Assembly: GCA_043228905.1 (NCBI GenBank) | Contig: JBHGNT010000097.1 | Location: 27,971 to 91,970 of the forward strand | Direction: 5' to 3' | DNA length: 64,000 nucleotides | Origin: Azolla caroliniana | Lineage: Eukaryota > Plantae > Polypodiophyta | Shown here: positions 12,423 to 24,968 of the stretch, in pieces | Layout: each line of letters begins with the position of its first letter | How positions within the stretch are numbered: the stretch's first letter is position 1 | Program-made: the position numbers and the translations under genes | The notes under the pieces: generated by a model | Told to the model about the DNA's origin: nothing | Database searches by the model: none | The model's input: the letters and a program-made list of their open reading frames with translations, nothing else

Positions 12423-13367
12423 TGCAGAATTGCGTCTTACGGTCACGCGAAATTGACTAGAGAAACAGTCTGAATTACTCCTGTGCGGTTCCTCCGGGAT
12501 GAACCGGCGGGCGCGTGAAAAGTGGCGATTTGATTGATTCCCGCCCGAACCAACCGCGATACAATCATGGCCATAGACAACGCCAAGCAGTTGCAGCTCC
12601 TCAACGGTTGAAAGGATACGAAGCGATCAGCTAGCGTTCGTACTTCGAGAATACAAAGCAAAGCCTCGATTACCACAGCTGCAATAAGCGAAGAGAATAC
12701 GATACGATCAGCACGAAGCGGGGATTCCCAATCTCAGTGAACATCGGTACCAACTATGCCTACAGCGGCAGCGTAGCAAACCTTTGGGTTCGGGACTGGT
12801 TGCAGCAAGTACCATAGGGACTGATTGCAGCAGGTACCGGACTAGTGCTTCGGGACCGATCTAGGACCACAGGGATTGGATTCCGTAGGGATAGCTTCAT
12901 ATCCTCCTTGCCGTATAGATATCACCTAGCGAACTCCAGGGACTGATCGAACCCACCGGTACCTACGGGTTATCATTCTCGAAGTTGTTTTCTCTGCAAG
13001 AATAGGCCGCAGCCTATGCTATCTGTACGGCTACTTCTCTGCCGGCCTTTGATCAGAAGCAAGTGAAAGAGACCGGCCATTCTATAACCGAAATTCTTTT
13101 CTGCTGCACTGGTTCATCGGGCCGCCTCGACTAACGGCAGCATGAAGGCCGTTTATCCGCCAAAAAAGTGGTGCCGTGGCGAAGTCAATAAAACAGCGCA
13201 ATGAGTGAGATTGCCCGTTATCCGCCTCACAGACAGCGGAAAGGCCTTCACCTGCGCTAATAAAACTTAGCAGCAAGCAAGTTCTTCCGCATCCGCAAGA
13301 AGGGGGCAAGCAAGCAAGCAAGCAAGCAAGCAATTTGCGCAGCTAGGTTGGGCGGTTCTCTGTCTGC

Positions 13368-13815
13368 GTAGAGGGCATAATCCGTGTTTGGCTATCGACT
13401 CAAATTACAAGTGGTGACGGCTAAACTGTACAGTCATGCCGTAAATCACTATCCTTCACCGTTTCCCTGGCTGGAACGAAAGTTTATAGAAAGAAAGCCA
13501 AAATTAATTAATATTGGAGTAGCCATGGTTGATTGCAATGAGAGTGATTATACGCGACCTGGAGTTGAGTTCGAACATGTATGCAATAAGGTGCTAAAGT
13601 ACTTGGTTGGCTTGAAGATAAGTATATCGTAGAACTTGTTAACAATCCATTGGGCTACTTTAGAGAAAGTGAATTTATTTAGGAGGAGGCGAAGGACGCA
13701 CGAAAGGAGGTAGACTTTTGGTGTTACTTTAGGGAAAGCCCATCAGTTCGGTTCCTAATAAACATTCACTCGTTACGGGATTCCGGGCGTCAAGGTGTGG
13801 ATTTTACTTCATTAA
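13368..13815 (+). pseudogene. rps3: Degenerate 3' remnant of rps3 (duplicated at about 50080-50527)
   Basis: 13768-13815 reads TRYGI(P>L)GVKVWI(L>S)LH*, the rps3 C-terminus; a weaker VEGI-like block lies at 13368. Confidence 0.55.
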
Positions 13816-14099
13816 AAGGAAACCGACCATTCTTTCTCATGAGAACCCATATATCATCCAGGGCGAAAGTCTTATGTAGTGTCTTGCTAAAATACCTTGG
13901 CGTTGTGAAGGATTTTTTTCTTTACAATCACTAGTTTAATAGGAAATAACTTTATTCTTTTTCTTTTCTAAGCTGTTTTTGTTACGAACCAATCTGTTGC
14001 TTACTGCCTGCGCGGATACGGGCCTTCGAGCAAGCAGTGAACGCAGCACCAGTCAATTCCTCGCCGCCGGCTTCACCCGGATGAACCGCTTTCAGGCAC

Positions 14100-14290
14100 G
14101 ACTTACGGGCAGAGAGTTTCTACACCATCCTCTAGGGCCCATATCCGCTCGCGAGGACCGACCTGGAAAATCAGTACAAGTTCTTCAAAGATATTTTAGC
14201 AAGGGACAAACTAAATCCTCAGGTCGGGTGGGATGGCACTACTGGCAAATACTGTCTGGCAAAGACGCAGGCGCGAAGCGTGGTAGGCCC
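14100..14290 (+). pseudogene. rpl16: Possible degenerate rpl16 remnant
   Basis: GKSVQV...KGQTKSSG(R>W)V...QIL(S>F) resembles rpl16 GKPTEV..GKGNPTGWI...GQILF and lies downstream of the rps3 remnant as in the ancestral cluster. Confidence 0.35.
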
Positions 14291-14764
14291 GCTAGCGTTT
14301 TTTTTGCTTGCCGAAAGCATACAAGAAAAGCCGGGTATATACGGGAACCGACTCCTTGTTGTTTTTGCAACCATAGGAACTGCCATGAATGCAGGAGACT
14401 GCCCTAGGTATAAAGCACCGAGGAAAAGAAACAGATTGGATAAGACATGCCCATAGTCATAAACAGCTTAGAAAGATTATAGACCGAATTGCACGAGGAC
14501 ATCGCAACTCTTTAAAATAACAACGAAGAGTTGTTCCCGCAGGTGCTCCTCAATCTGTCGTAGAATACACTACCCGATCTTTCGGGTGGCCTAGAAATCC
14601 TGAAAGATCTAGAAGTCTCTTCGGTTGTGGAACTGATTATTGGATTTTAGGATTTCTTCATTCCGATTGTATTTGCAATAGGATTCATCTCCCTTACATT
14701 GATTATAGTAGCCAAGACTCTTTCATGTACAAACCGTTTCGTGTGAATTCATTAAATAAATAAC

Positions 14765-15562
14765 ACGAGTGTCTCCTAAGAGCATCCCTATCATCCGGTG
14801 GATTCAAGTCCATGGTCTCTCCTGGGGTTACTCGGAGCCTTAGCAAGCACCATCGGTGCTGTTATGTATATGCATTCATTCGCGGGAGACGGAACACTCC
14901 TCACTTTAGGCCTAAGCTTGATCTTATACACCATGTTTGTATGGCGGCGCGATGTTACATGTGAATTTACTTACGAAGGACGTCATACCAAAGTGGTATA
15001 ATTAGGGCTTCGCTACGGTTTTCTCTTGTTTATCGTCTCGGAGGTTATGTCTCTTCTAGCCTTTTTTTGGGCTTTCTTTTATTTATCTTTGGCACTCGCG
15101 GTAGAGATCGGAGCTATTCGGCCCCCCAAAGGAGTTGAGGTTTTAAATCCCTGGGGAATCCCTTTTCTAAATACCCTTATTCTCCTTTCCTCTGGAGCTG
15201 CCGTGACTTGGGCTCATCATGCCATACTCGCAGGTTTAAAATAATAAGCGGTTCACGCTTTAGTAGCTATCGTTCGGCTGGCTCCAGTTCCCACCGGGTT
15301 TTAGGGAATGGAATATTACGAAGCACTCTTCATCATTTCCGACGGTATTTATGGTTTTACTTTCCTCTTAGCCATCGGGTCTTATGGGTCCTACGTTACT
15401 ACAGGGACCATTCTCTCGACGATACGCGGTATTTGTTAATATATAGGTCATTTTAGTCCTTCGCATCACTTCGGCTTCGAAGCAGCTGCTCGGTACCGGC
15501 ATTCTGTGGACGTGGTTCGGTCATTTCCATCTGTCCCTATCTATTGGTGGGGGGGCTTATGA
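14765..15562 (+). CDS. cox3: Cytochrome c oxidase subunit 3 (ACG start, several TAA/TAG>Gln)
   Basis: ACG AGT GTC TCC TAA GAG CAT CCC TAT CAT...FIVSEVM...[27 protein letters not shown]...HHFGFEAAA...YWWGGL TGA; 266 codons, no intron. Confidence 0.96.
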
Positions 15563-17128
15563 CAACAAGGTATGGGCCTTGCCCTTCCCCAAGCAGAATG
15601 CAGGTCAATGGAAACTTGACTGGTTGAAAAGCCTGACGTTGTGGGGTTCAGCGGGCCAGCTTTGCTTTGAAGGTGGGCTTATAACATCAAGGGCAGGGGA
15701 TCCGGCCGGTTGGGGCTCGACGAATCACCTAGTTGTCTTCCTTTTACGATTCTATACGGTGCTCGGTAGGTCCAATTCCTACTGTATTTTTCGGAATGCA
15801 TTAGATGAGTACCCGGCCAAAGGTTCAGGGGTCGAATACCCAACGATAGAGTCGGGTTCAGGTTCTACTCTCCGTTGTCTATCAGCGCTGGTCCACCTTA
15901 TCTGATACATCACCGTTCCATCATCATCCATTCCTCCTGTTTCCCACTTACTACCCTTTCCCATTTTTATTTTCCTTCATCTCGGTCGTTAGCTTGGAAT
16001 CTGCCCGCCCCCCGATTCTCCTGGAAAGGGAGAAATGTTTCCTTTCCTTTCCTTTCCTTTCCTTTCCTTTCCTCGGTATCATTCTCTCTCGTCAGCAGTG
16101 CTAAGGTGACTTCTCAGACCGTTCCCTTGTTCTGCAGATTCTCTGAGTTCCGAGAGGCCTTCGGCGAATTAGCTCGACTTTGTTGTTGCGGAGCGGGTTT
16201 CGCGTGAGGTGCTCTCTCGGCGGCGGGCGGTAGAAGGCTACCTTTCTCCTCATGCGTGAAAACGGCCGGGCCGGGCCGGGCCGGGCCGGCCTTCATGATG
16301 AACCGGTTCATCGGCACTGGTTGGTTCTAACATCCCCAGCAAGCAAGCAAGCAAGCAAGCAGGTGTTTTACCTCTGCCGCCTTGGGATGGGAACCTTGGT
16401 TTGCTCAGTTCTGAAACCTTCCCATGGTTAGGGTTGGGTATATGGCAAAATTCGCCTCTGAGGTTACGGGGGCAGTATCTATCGATTTTGGAGAAAGGAG
16501 AGGCGATCGTGTCTCTCTCCGAACTAGAAACAATGTGCGGCGATCCTGAGATTATCGGCGCAGAACAGAAGCGGTTCTTGAATTGATCACACGACATTAC
16601 GTAAGATTACAGCTTCGAGAACTTGTTCGGGATTGATTAGAGGAGACCCTGTTCTGGATCTTTTCCGAGCCCGATCTCCACCTCCCCTAACCCACCGAAG
16701 ACGGTAGCGACGGGAAAGATTCCGATTTGGAATCGTGTATGGGTAGTATGACGCTATGAAAAAGGTCTTAGAACACCCCATCCAACCATCCAACTGCTTG
16801 AGTCGTGGGGGCCTTTTGATCCCTGAAAGAAGGTCTCTATATAAAGTGACTTATAGCAGCTCCTACATTCGAGGCGAGGTTTGGCCTCGGGTGTTAAGTT
16901 CGCCAGGAACCATAAGCCTTTGTATGCATCTGAGCATAATGGGTTCGGTGAAGGCTAAGGGACTAGACAGCCCACCTCCTAGCTTCATCTCTTACTAGAG
17001 ATGCCGCTAAGAGGATCCCTTTCATTCCCATGTAAGCTGCTTTCACCTGAGGGACCTCTCACAAACTCCCATAGATATTAGAAACAGACCTCGAAACGAG
17101 AAACAGAACAAGAATAAGAGAAAGCAGA

Positions 17129-17153
17129 ACGAGCTTTGGTTAATTATTCCCCA
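17129..17153 (+). CDS. rps1: Ribosomal protein S1, exon 1 (25 nt)
   Basis: ACG AGC TTT GGT TAA TTA TTC CCC A = MSFG(Q)LFP, followed by GTGTG intron start. Confidence 0.85.
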
Positions 17154-17760
17154 GTGTGATCTGTTAGCCCTAAGCAATATCTGCAAAACGGCTCACGCTA
17201 TTAATAACGTGAACTTCAACCAAAAGCGGACAAAAAGAGATCGCCGATCTTTTCCGCCAGTAGCTGAGATGTTCAGTTGACTCCCAGGCCTTGATGGAAG
17301 GGCGGCTACCTTCGAAACTGCAAAAGCAAAAGGCCCGGGGCGCAGGACGAACAATGAATGAGTGTAAGCTTCGTGGCCCAATCGACGGTGCTGACCACGG
17401 GACTCGTTATCGTAATAGCGGGAGGGAGCAAGGCAGTGACAACTTGGGGATTGTCATTGAGCATCCCTTGACGCCCGAGAAAAGTAAGTTATCGATGGCT
17501 CTTCTGTCTGAGACAGACCATCTACGCTCGCGGCATCCCTTACGGAGTATAGCTCACATCCAAGCATCTGGTTGGGGAACGGGGCAACGCCCATGAAGCT
17601 CCGGAAACGGAAGGCCCGCCAGGCTGTATGCTCTTGGAAATAGGATTCTTCACCAAGCTCCAGAGCTGACACGGGGACCCATTAACTTCTTCAAATTGGA
17701 TCGTAGATGACAGCGAATCATACGTAAGGTATTCAAACTCGCGTTAAATCACCGTCCTAA

Positions 17761-17791
<31 letters not shown>

Positions 17792-17949
17792 CAATTTGGA
17801 GTGAAATCATACCATAACTCGAAACGCCTTCCGTCATAGCTAAATACGGGGAGGAGATGCCAGCATGACGGGAAGAGCCGTGTGAGGCCTATAGCTCATG
17901 CACGGTTCGGGAGCCAAGCCCCAGCAGTAATGGTGCGGCTTAGGTTAAC
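17154..17949 (+). other. Group II intron rps1i25g2
   Basis: 5' GTGTG; domain V gagccgtgtgaggc...gcacggttc at about 17875; ends ...ggttAAC; inserted after nt 25. Confidence 0.88.
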
Positions 17950-18671
17950 TGTATAATTCTAGTCCCACTTTACTACGTGAAGGCGCTCTATAATATTCAG
18001 TGAAACCATTATAATACAGGGACAAAAGTCATGATGGGGACAGAGGTTTAATCAAACTGTTACACCCGCAGAATATGATCTTGGTGAATACAGGACTGAA
18101 AACTCCTGTAATCCTTTTAAAACATGAAGTGACAGCAAGAGCGCCAATCACCAAGTAAGCAAAGTTTAATTCTGTTGGGATCGAAGATTCGAATCTGGAA
18201 AAAGTGGAAGAGCTTCGTGAACCAAAAATTATTTTGCCAGAACCACGTAAACCGGAAATTATTTTGTCAAAACCATTGAACAAGAAAATAGTTCGGATTG
18301 AACTAACCAAGATTTGGCGTGACCGCGACAAGGTCAAAGGGTTGATTTTCAATTTAATGAAGGGTGGGTATGCCGCAGTTACTGCAGGGTTCGTGGCTTT
18401 CCTTTTCAGGAGTCCCTTTCGCAAAAATGAGAGTGAGAGGTTCCACAAAAAGAAGAAATTTTACAAAAGTAGAAAATTTAGGTTCCACAAGAATAAAAGC
18501 AGAAGTGGGAAATTTGGAAACAAAGGTCTAAAGTTTCGCAGAAGCAGAAATGAGACATTCTGCAGAAGTAGGACATCCAGAATTCTGAACACGAACCCAA
18601 TAAAGCGTAATATTGCGGTAAAAGAAGAGATTCGTGCTGCGCTAGTTTCAGAAAAGAAAAAGCACCATTGA
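17950..18671 (+). CDS. rps1: Ribosomal protein S1, exon 2 (stop position subject to editing)
   Basis: YNSS...LVNTGLKTP...PITK(Q)A...EPKIILP...IELTKIWR...VKGLIFN..KGGYA...AGFVAFL...ILN.NP...NI.VKE. Confidence 0.9.
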
Positions 18672-19079
18672 ATCGAAAGCCGCCCCCTAACCAGCAGTCT
18701 CTTCCTAAGCACCAACAGCAGCAAGAAATAGTTTATTTACATGAGTAAGAAACTGACGTATTTCCATCGGTCGCTTCCGTTTCGTATATTAGTTATTTTG
18801 TATGCTTCGTATAGTTTTCTGTGAATTAGCATTAAAAGGTTCTTTAATAGGCATAAACAAGTCGTGTTGGCAGTACGCTGGTCGGCTTCACAAGCAAGCT
18901 GCGGGTCTTTTTCAATCACTAATTCTTATTTTGCCCAAAATCGTTGTCGTTGGTTCACATTTTATGGCATCGCAGAAATTGATTGTAAGGCTTTAGATTA
19001 TTTCAAAGGGTGGCCTAAGGTCACCCCCCTTAAATGAGAGTCCCGCCTCTCTTCATTTAAGCGGGAAAAACGTTCTGCT

Positions 19080-19150
19080 GGCTGGGTAACATAATGGCAA
19101 TGTATTGGACTGCAAATCCTGGAATGACGGTTCGACTCCGTCCCTAGCCT
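19080..19150 (+). tRNA. trnC: tRNA-Cys(GCA)
   Basis: GGCTGGG/CCTAGCC stem, loop CTGCAAA, GGTTCGACTCC. Confidence 0.93.
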
Positions 19151-19170
19151 ATTCTTCTTCCAAGCTCTTT

Positions 19171-20009
19171 TGCCATTTCCGAGTGAAAAGATTGCTGCTT
19201 TAAAGTGGAAAGAAAAGTGCAAAGCATCTTCTTGCCAGTGATTCATCAAGATTGCCGCCGGCTCGGTTTAAAGTGAAAAGAAAAGTGCTGCTTTGCTTTG
19301 CTTTGCTGGATTCGCAGATTATGGCCAGAAGATGATATTGCCTTCTTGCATGATCCTTCTGAATTTTACCAACGGAATTTCGAAATTCCAGCATTCAATT
19401 CTTTCCGCAATCTGAGCCGCATTAAAGATTATCGTATAATAATCCATGAATATTCAGGCCTTCTTGAAAGTTCAAAAGAAGAACTTTGGTAGCCATTTAT
19501 ATTACACTTTTTACCGCTTCTTCTTCTTCCGCAGTGCAGTTTTCTTGCGCTTCATGAAGAAAAGGTGCTGTTTGAAATTGTAGCTTGAATCTTATCGGAA
19601 AACTAACTCTAGGCCTTCTTGATGAACAGCTATGGATAATACGGCGGAAGTTGCTTGCGGGGAAGAACCAAGGTGGTGGATGAACCCGCTGCTTCATCAG
19701 CGCGATGAAGACGATTAACGCTACTTATCGGCTACGGTAAAGTCAGACGGCCCGATGGGGGAGTTGGTAGCAGAAGCTAGACAATTGCTAGCGGCCCAAC
19801 AAGAAAAGAAAAGAAGCGGATTGACGTGGCCGCAGTCATTCGACCTCCCCATGCTATCTGAGTGGATGCACCTCACCCTTCCACTGGCTATGCGGGGACT
19901 GGACCAATGTGATCTCGCCTTGACGTTGGCGGTCCGGCTTATGGAGAAGAGACCAACTGTGGTGTGGCCTTCTCCAACCAAGAGTCACACCAAAATTCAA
20001 ATATTGCAC
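19171..20009 (+). repeat. About 840-bp core of a four-copy repeat family, directly upstream of rrnS
   Basis: Matches 40478-41316 (offset 21307) and 55900-56738; partly inverted at 31246-31828. Confidence 0.93.
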
Positions 20010-20051
20010 ATGAATTCATCAACCTGCCTCGTATGGCAGAAATTGACCAAA

Positions 20052-20222
20052 AAACCGAGTTTGATCCTGGCTCAGAATGAACGCTAGCGATATGCTTAAC
20101 ACATGCAAGTCGAACGTTGTTTTCGTCTATAGAACAGTTGAAGACAAAGTGGCGAACGGGTGCGTAACGCGTGGGAATCTGCCAAACAGTTTGGGCCGAA
20201 TCCCAAAGAAACGAAAGCAGCT

Positions 20223-20258
<36 letters not shown>

Positions 20259-20366
20259 GCTTTTCGATAAAGCTAAAAAGCGCTGTTTGATGAGCCTGCG
20301 TAGTATTAGGTAGTTGGTTGGGTAAAGGCTGACCAAGCCGCAGATGCTTAGCTGATCTTTTCGGAC

Positions 20367-20404
<38 letters not shown>

Positions 20405-20560
20405 GTAGGGAGGCAGCAGTGGGGAATATCGGACAATGGGCGAAAGCCCGATCCAGCAATATCGCGTGAGTGAGTGAAAAACGTCGCTAACGCGAGGAAG
20501 GGCAATGCCGCTTGTAAAGCTCTTTCGTCGAGTACGCGATTATGACAAGACTCGAAGAAG

Positions 20561-20596
<36 letters not shown>

Positions 20597-20836
20597 GACG
20601 GGGGGGGCAAGTGTTATTCGGAATGACTGGGCGTAAAGGGCACGTAGGCAGTGAATCAGGTTGAAAGTCAAAGGCGCCAGCTCAACTGGCGGAATGCTTT
20701 CAAAACCAATTTACTCGAGTGGGACAGAGGGGAGTGGAATTTCGTGTGTAGGGATAAAATCCGGAGATATACGAAGGAACGCCGAAGTAGCGAAGGCAGC
20801 TTTCTGGGTCTCTACTGACGCTGAGGTGCGAAAGCT

Positions 20837-20872
<36 letters not shown>

Positions 20873-20992
20873 TGCCGTAAACGATGAGTGTTCGTCCTTG
20901 GTCCGCGGATCGGGGGCCCAGCTAACGCGTTAAACACTCCGCCTGGGGAGTACGGTCGCAAGACTGAAACTCAAAGGAATTGACGGGGGCCT

Positions 20993-21025
<33 letters not shown>

Positions 21026-21132
21026 ACAACGCGCAAAACCTTACCAGCCCTTGACATATGAACACTTGACGTATGAACACTTGACATATGAACCGGTGTG
21101 CTTGTCCTTAACGGGATGAAACGAAAATTCAT

Positions 21133-21171
<39 letters not shown>

Positions 21172-21607
21172 CGTTTTTGGTTAACTCCTATAACGAGCGA
21201 AACCCTCGTTTTGTGTTGCTAAGATATGCTGCTCCCAGAGGATCAATGTCATCATTCACCCTCGGCAAGCAGGAACATAGAACATGGGCTGGCTTCCGAC
21301 GAACTTGAGGTTCCGACGAGCGAGCCGGTGGTAAGTGAGCCGCTTCATCGGTACCTGCCCATGAATCTGTGTTCAGTCAGCGGTTAGCCAGGATTGATGA
21401 CACTCCCTCTGTGCCGATGTTGCACTCACAAGAGACTGCCCGTAGTTCTACTATGGAGGAAGGTGAGGATGACGTCAAGTCCGCATGGCCCTTATGGGCT
21501 GGGCTACACACGTGCTACAATGGCAATTACAATAGGAAGCAGGGCCGTAAGGCGGAGCGAATCCAGAAAGATTGCCTCAGTTCGGATTGTTCTCTGCAAC
21601 TCGAGAA

Positions 21608-21657
<50 letters not shown>

Positions 21658-21877
21658 TGTACTCGGGCCCCGTACACACCGCCCGTCACACCCTGGGAAT
21701 TGGTTTCGCCCGAAGCATCGACCAGAGATCACCCATTACTAAAGTGTTCCATGCCGCCGTTGAGTGTGGCCCATTTTGGTATTGGTGGTCTTCTTGGCGC
21801 ATATCACGGTTGGGTCAGTGACTGGGGTGAAGTCGTAACATGGTAGTCGTAGGGGAACCTGTGGCTGGAGGGAATCT
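20052..21877 (+). rRNA. rrnS: Mitochondrial small-subunit rRNA (ends approximate)
   Basis: gagtttgatcctggctcag, gtgccagcagccgcggtaa, attagataccctggtagtcc, gtacacaccgcccgtca, aagtcgtaaca; expansion at about 21225-21430. Confidence 0.97.
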
Positions 21878-22231
21878 CAAAGGGAAGCGCCAGCGTCCTT
21901 TCGTTAACTGTACTGACTTGATGAAGTTAATTCCAAGTTGGGTAAATGCCGGCCCGGCCCGGCCCGGCCCGGCCCGGCCGGATGAAGCGCTATGCGCGAG
22001 GAGGAAGCGCTTCTTCATGAAGCGCATGAAGGGATTGAAACCGTAGACCAATCGCGGATGAAGCGGTTAACAGTTGAGCTACCAGCGCGGGAAGGGAAAA
22101 TGTACGGTTAGTATCATATACATTCTTTGACTTTCGAGCCGCCTCATGACCTGTGAGACGTTAACTATTCAAAGACCCCAGCTGCTTGCTGCTTTCTTCG
22201 AGATTTCATGAACCTCGCTAAAGCCTAAAGC

Positions 22232-22264
<33 letters not shown>

Positions 22265-22483
22265 TGGAGTTCGAAAAACGTATAGATCGAAAGACGACGA
22301 CAAAGCGAAGGCCTTCATTGCATTGCTGCGACTTGCTTGCTGCAAGGACATAAGACTTTCTTTCTAGGCCCTTTTCCCTTCCCGAGATTGAGTGATGAGA
22401 GATCGGGTGCCAACCAAGCGGCTTAGGCGCTAATCGATAGCTTACGCCGGCCCTCAACCATTACTGCTGGGGATGGCCCACGC

Positions 22484-22519
<36 letters not shown>

Positions 22520-22593
22520 CGAGGTGTAGCGCAGTCTGGTAGCGCATCTGTTTTGGGTACAGAGGGCCATAGGTTCGAATCCTGTCACCTCGA
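22520..22593 (+). tRNA. trnP: tRNA-Pro(UGG)
   Basis: CGAGGTG/CACCTCG stem, loop TTTGGGT, GGTTCGAATCC. Confidence 0.95.
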
Positions 22594-22959
22594 TTATTGC
22601 CGTGTACTGGGCGGGTAACCTTTCGCTCCGTCCTTTTTCCACGTCTTTCTCTGCGCTTCTTGCGGCTTCTTGTGGCATAACTCTGTCCACGGATCAAACA
22701 AGCATTGTAACCTGCCTGCCTGAAACTTCTCTGAAGACATGACCTTCTGAGTCATCTAGGCATTCATTTTGAAACCCGGAAATTTCGTATATAGAGTTGT
22801 GAAGACTATGCCTCCTATAGATAGTAGGAAATGGTTAACCCGAAGGTCCTAGGATTGAGAGGAGGTACTACAGATCGTAGTGCTTTAACCTCTTGCCATA
22901 AGCATCTGGCTGGGTGTAGAGTTGATTCAAGCACGTCTTCATCAGGTTTTCAAAGCCAA

Positions 22960-23031
22960 GTCCCTTTCGTCTAGTGGTTAGGACATCGTCTTTTCATGTC
23001 GAAGAAACGGGTTCGATTCCCGTAAGGGATA
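22960..23031 (+). tRNA. trnE: tRNA-Glu(UUC)
   Basis: GTCCCTT/AAGGGAT stem, loop TTTTCAT, GGTTCGATTCC. Confidence 0.94.
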
Positions 23032-23036
23032 ACTTT

Positions 23037-23072
<36 letters not shown>

Positions 23073-23623
23073 GGGAGGCTAGCAAAAGGTCCCTAGCCTC
23101 TTCGTTAGAGGGTTGAGCAAGAGGTCCACAGGACCCCAAGGTCCCGTAGTCCCCACGATGAGTGAGGGCTGGTTTCTCGTGGTTCAGAATGTAAACATCC
23201 CCCGCTGAACCCACCGCATCGTCTCATGTGGGTGTCTTAACACTTTCTGAATTGCCGACGACAAGACAATCTGTTCGTTGATCGAAGTCTTGAGCGATTG
23301 GGGGGTTCAGTTGAAATTTTGCTTGCCGGCTGACTGACGTTCTCAACAACCAACCAACGATGGGCCAACGAACGAACGAGACCATATGCACCGCGGCATT
23401 CCCCTTCCCCGCGCGCGAGCCTTTTCATCCGGATGAACAAATTCGTCACTCAACGGCGGGCGGTCAATTCGCGTAGTTTTTATTTTGTGCACAATCTAAC
23501 TCTTGTGACCGAAAGCGTGCTCATGTCAACGAGACAAGTGCGCCGGAAGAGTCACTGGAGGAGTAGCGAAGGTGCGTGCCGGAGATCCCCCTTCGACTGA
23601 TGAGAGCGAATCAAACTCTGACG

Positions 23624-23656
<33 letters not shown>

Positions 23657-24382
23657 ACCTAGGACTTGTAAGGGACGAGAGGGGAGACTTCACATGGAGC
23701 GCCCAGGCTTACCGCCTAGAAGCCGGTTCATTATATCAGACCCGCTTCATCGGTTCCCCACAGCATATCAAAATCCTCATCGCCGGTCGACCCGCCAATC
23801 TCTTCTCTTGAGGAGAAAAAAAGGCAAGATAAACCCTCGAAAAGGAATGCAGATCCGCTTTCATCGAGTTAACCTTTCAGAAAGAGATCGGCGCTCGTCC
23901 CTTCAGTCGCAAACCGAAGCCAAAAGTGGGTGGAGAACTAGAATGGAAATCGACATGTTGAACGATGAACAGGCTAGAGAAAGTGCGTGCAAAGAAAGAG
24001 AGATTCAGCCGAACTACATACATAGCCTGCGTAAAAAGAAGAAAGAGAAACCCTGCCTGCCTGAAGGTAGAGCCAAGGAACCTCCGTAAAGCAAAAGGGA
24101 AGCAATGCGGACTGCCTATTTACTAAATTTCCAGATGTTCCCGTCACCTGTTATTTGGAGTCGATAGCCAATTCTGCCAGGGACAACTATTTCACCCGCA
24201 AACCAATGCCTTAAGCCGCTCAGTCATACCTCCGGCTGGCTCCCCGTTCATCATGAACCGGTTCATCATGAAGGCCTTCATGATGAAAAAGGTTGGCGGG
24301 TTTGATGAACCGCCTTGTAAGTGACCCTTGGCAGCGCATTATAGTCTCTCTCGTGACCCTAACAGACACCCAATAGTTAGTT

Positions 24383-24607
24383 ACGCTAGAAGGTGCGAAA
24401 TTAATTGGAGTAGGAGCGGCTATCATTGCCTCAGCGGGAGCAGTAGCAGGTACTGGAAACGTATCTAGTCCTTCGACAACCTTTGTGGCGTGAAATCTCT
24501 TATTAGCCAAATAATCATTCGGTTATGTTACTCCAGGCTTTGCCTTAACAGAAGTTATCGTCCCGTCTGCTTCGACGATGGCCTTTTCAACATCATTCGT
24601 ATCTCGA
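24383..24607 (+). CDS. atp9: ATP synthase subunit 9, intronless (ACG start, CGA>UGA stop, internal TGA and TAA)
   Basis: ACG CTA GAA GGT GCG AAA TTA ATT GGA...GNV...VA(TGA=R)N..LAK(TAA=Q).FGY...GFALTE...FV. CGA; 75 codons. Confidence 0.96.
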
Positions 24608-24644
24608 GAAAACAAAGGAGAACAAATAGGTTGTACCTACGTAC

Positions 24645-24676
24645 GGGATGGGGGGCTTGATGAATCCCCCATTTCC
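24645..24676 (+). terminator. GC-rich stem-loop between atp9 and trnD (candidate 3'-end processing or stability element)
   Basis: gggatggggggcttgatgaatcccccatttcc; same family follows cox2 and nad7. Confidence 0.55.
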
Positions 24677-24677
24677 A

Positions 24678-24751
24678 GGGGAAATAGCTCAGTTGGTTAG
24701 AGTGCTGGTTTGTCACGCCAGAAGTCGCGGGTTCGAGCCCCGTTTTCCCCG
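24678..24751 (+). tRNA. trnD: tRNA-Asp(GUC)
   Basis: GGGGAAA/TTTCCCC stem, loop TTGTCAC, GGTTCGAGCCC. Confidence 0.95.
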
Positions 24752-24968
24752 TTAGCATCATGCCAAGTTTGTTTTCTCAAGTCGGAGTTGATGATATTGA
24801 TGGAAAAGAAGCCCGACCACCTCTGCCCTCCGAGTAGAGCATGTAGCGGAAAAACCAACCTTGTCAGTCTCTACCCTTTTTACACAGGCTATGCCTTTTC
24901 TCGTTTAGCGTAGTGTTCAAACATTAGTTTAGGTCATTTAGAGCCCATTCTGTGGCGGTTGGCTCATT

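Larger units (their letters stand above)
11373..14352 (+). repeat. About 3.0-kb direct repeat, copy 1 (5' rpl6, trnG, rps3/rpl16 remnants)
   Basis: Matches 48085-51059 at offset 36712, with a 5-nt indel near the right end; the ORF track is duplicated accordingly. Confidence 0.95.

Noticed and set aside
19939-22051. ORFs of up to 223 aa overlapping rrnS
   Set aside because: Shadow frames of the rRNA gene.
22080-22460. 5S rRNA expected after rrnS
   Set aside because: Only short matches (gtgagacgt, cacccgatc on the opposite strand); no coherent 5S structure seen.
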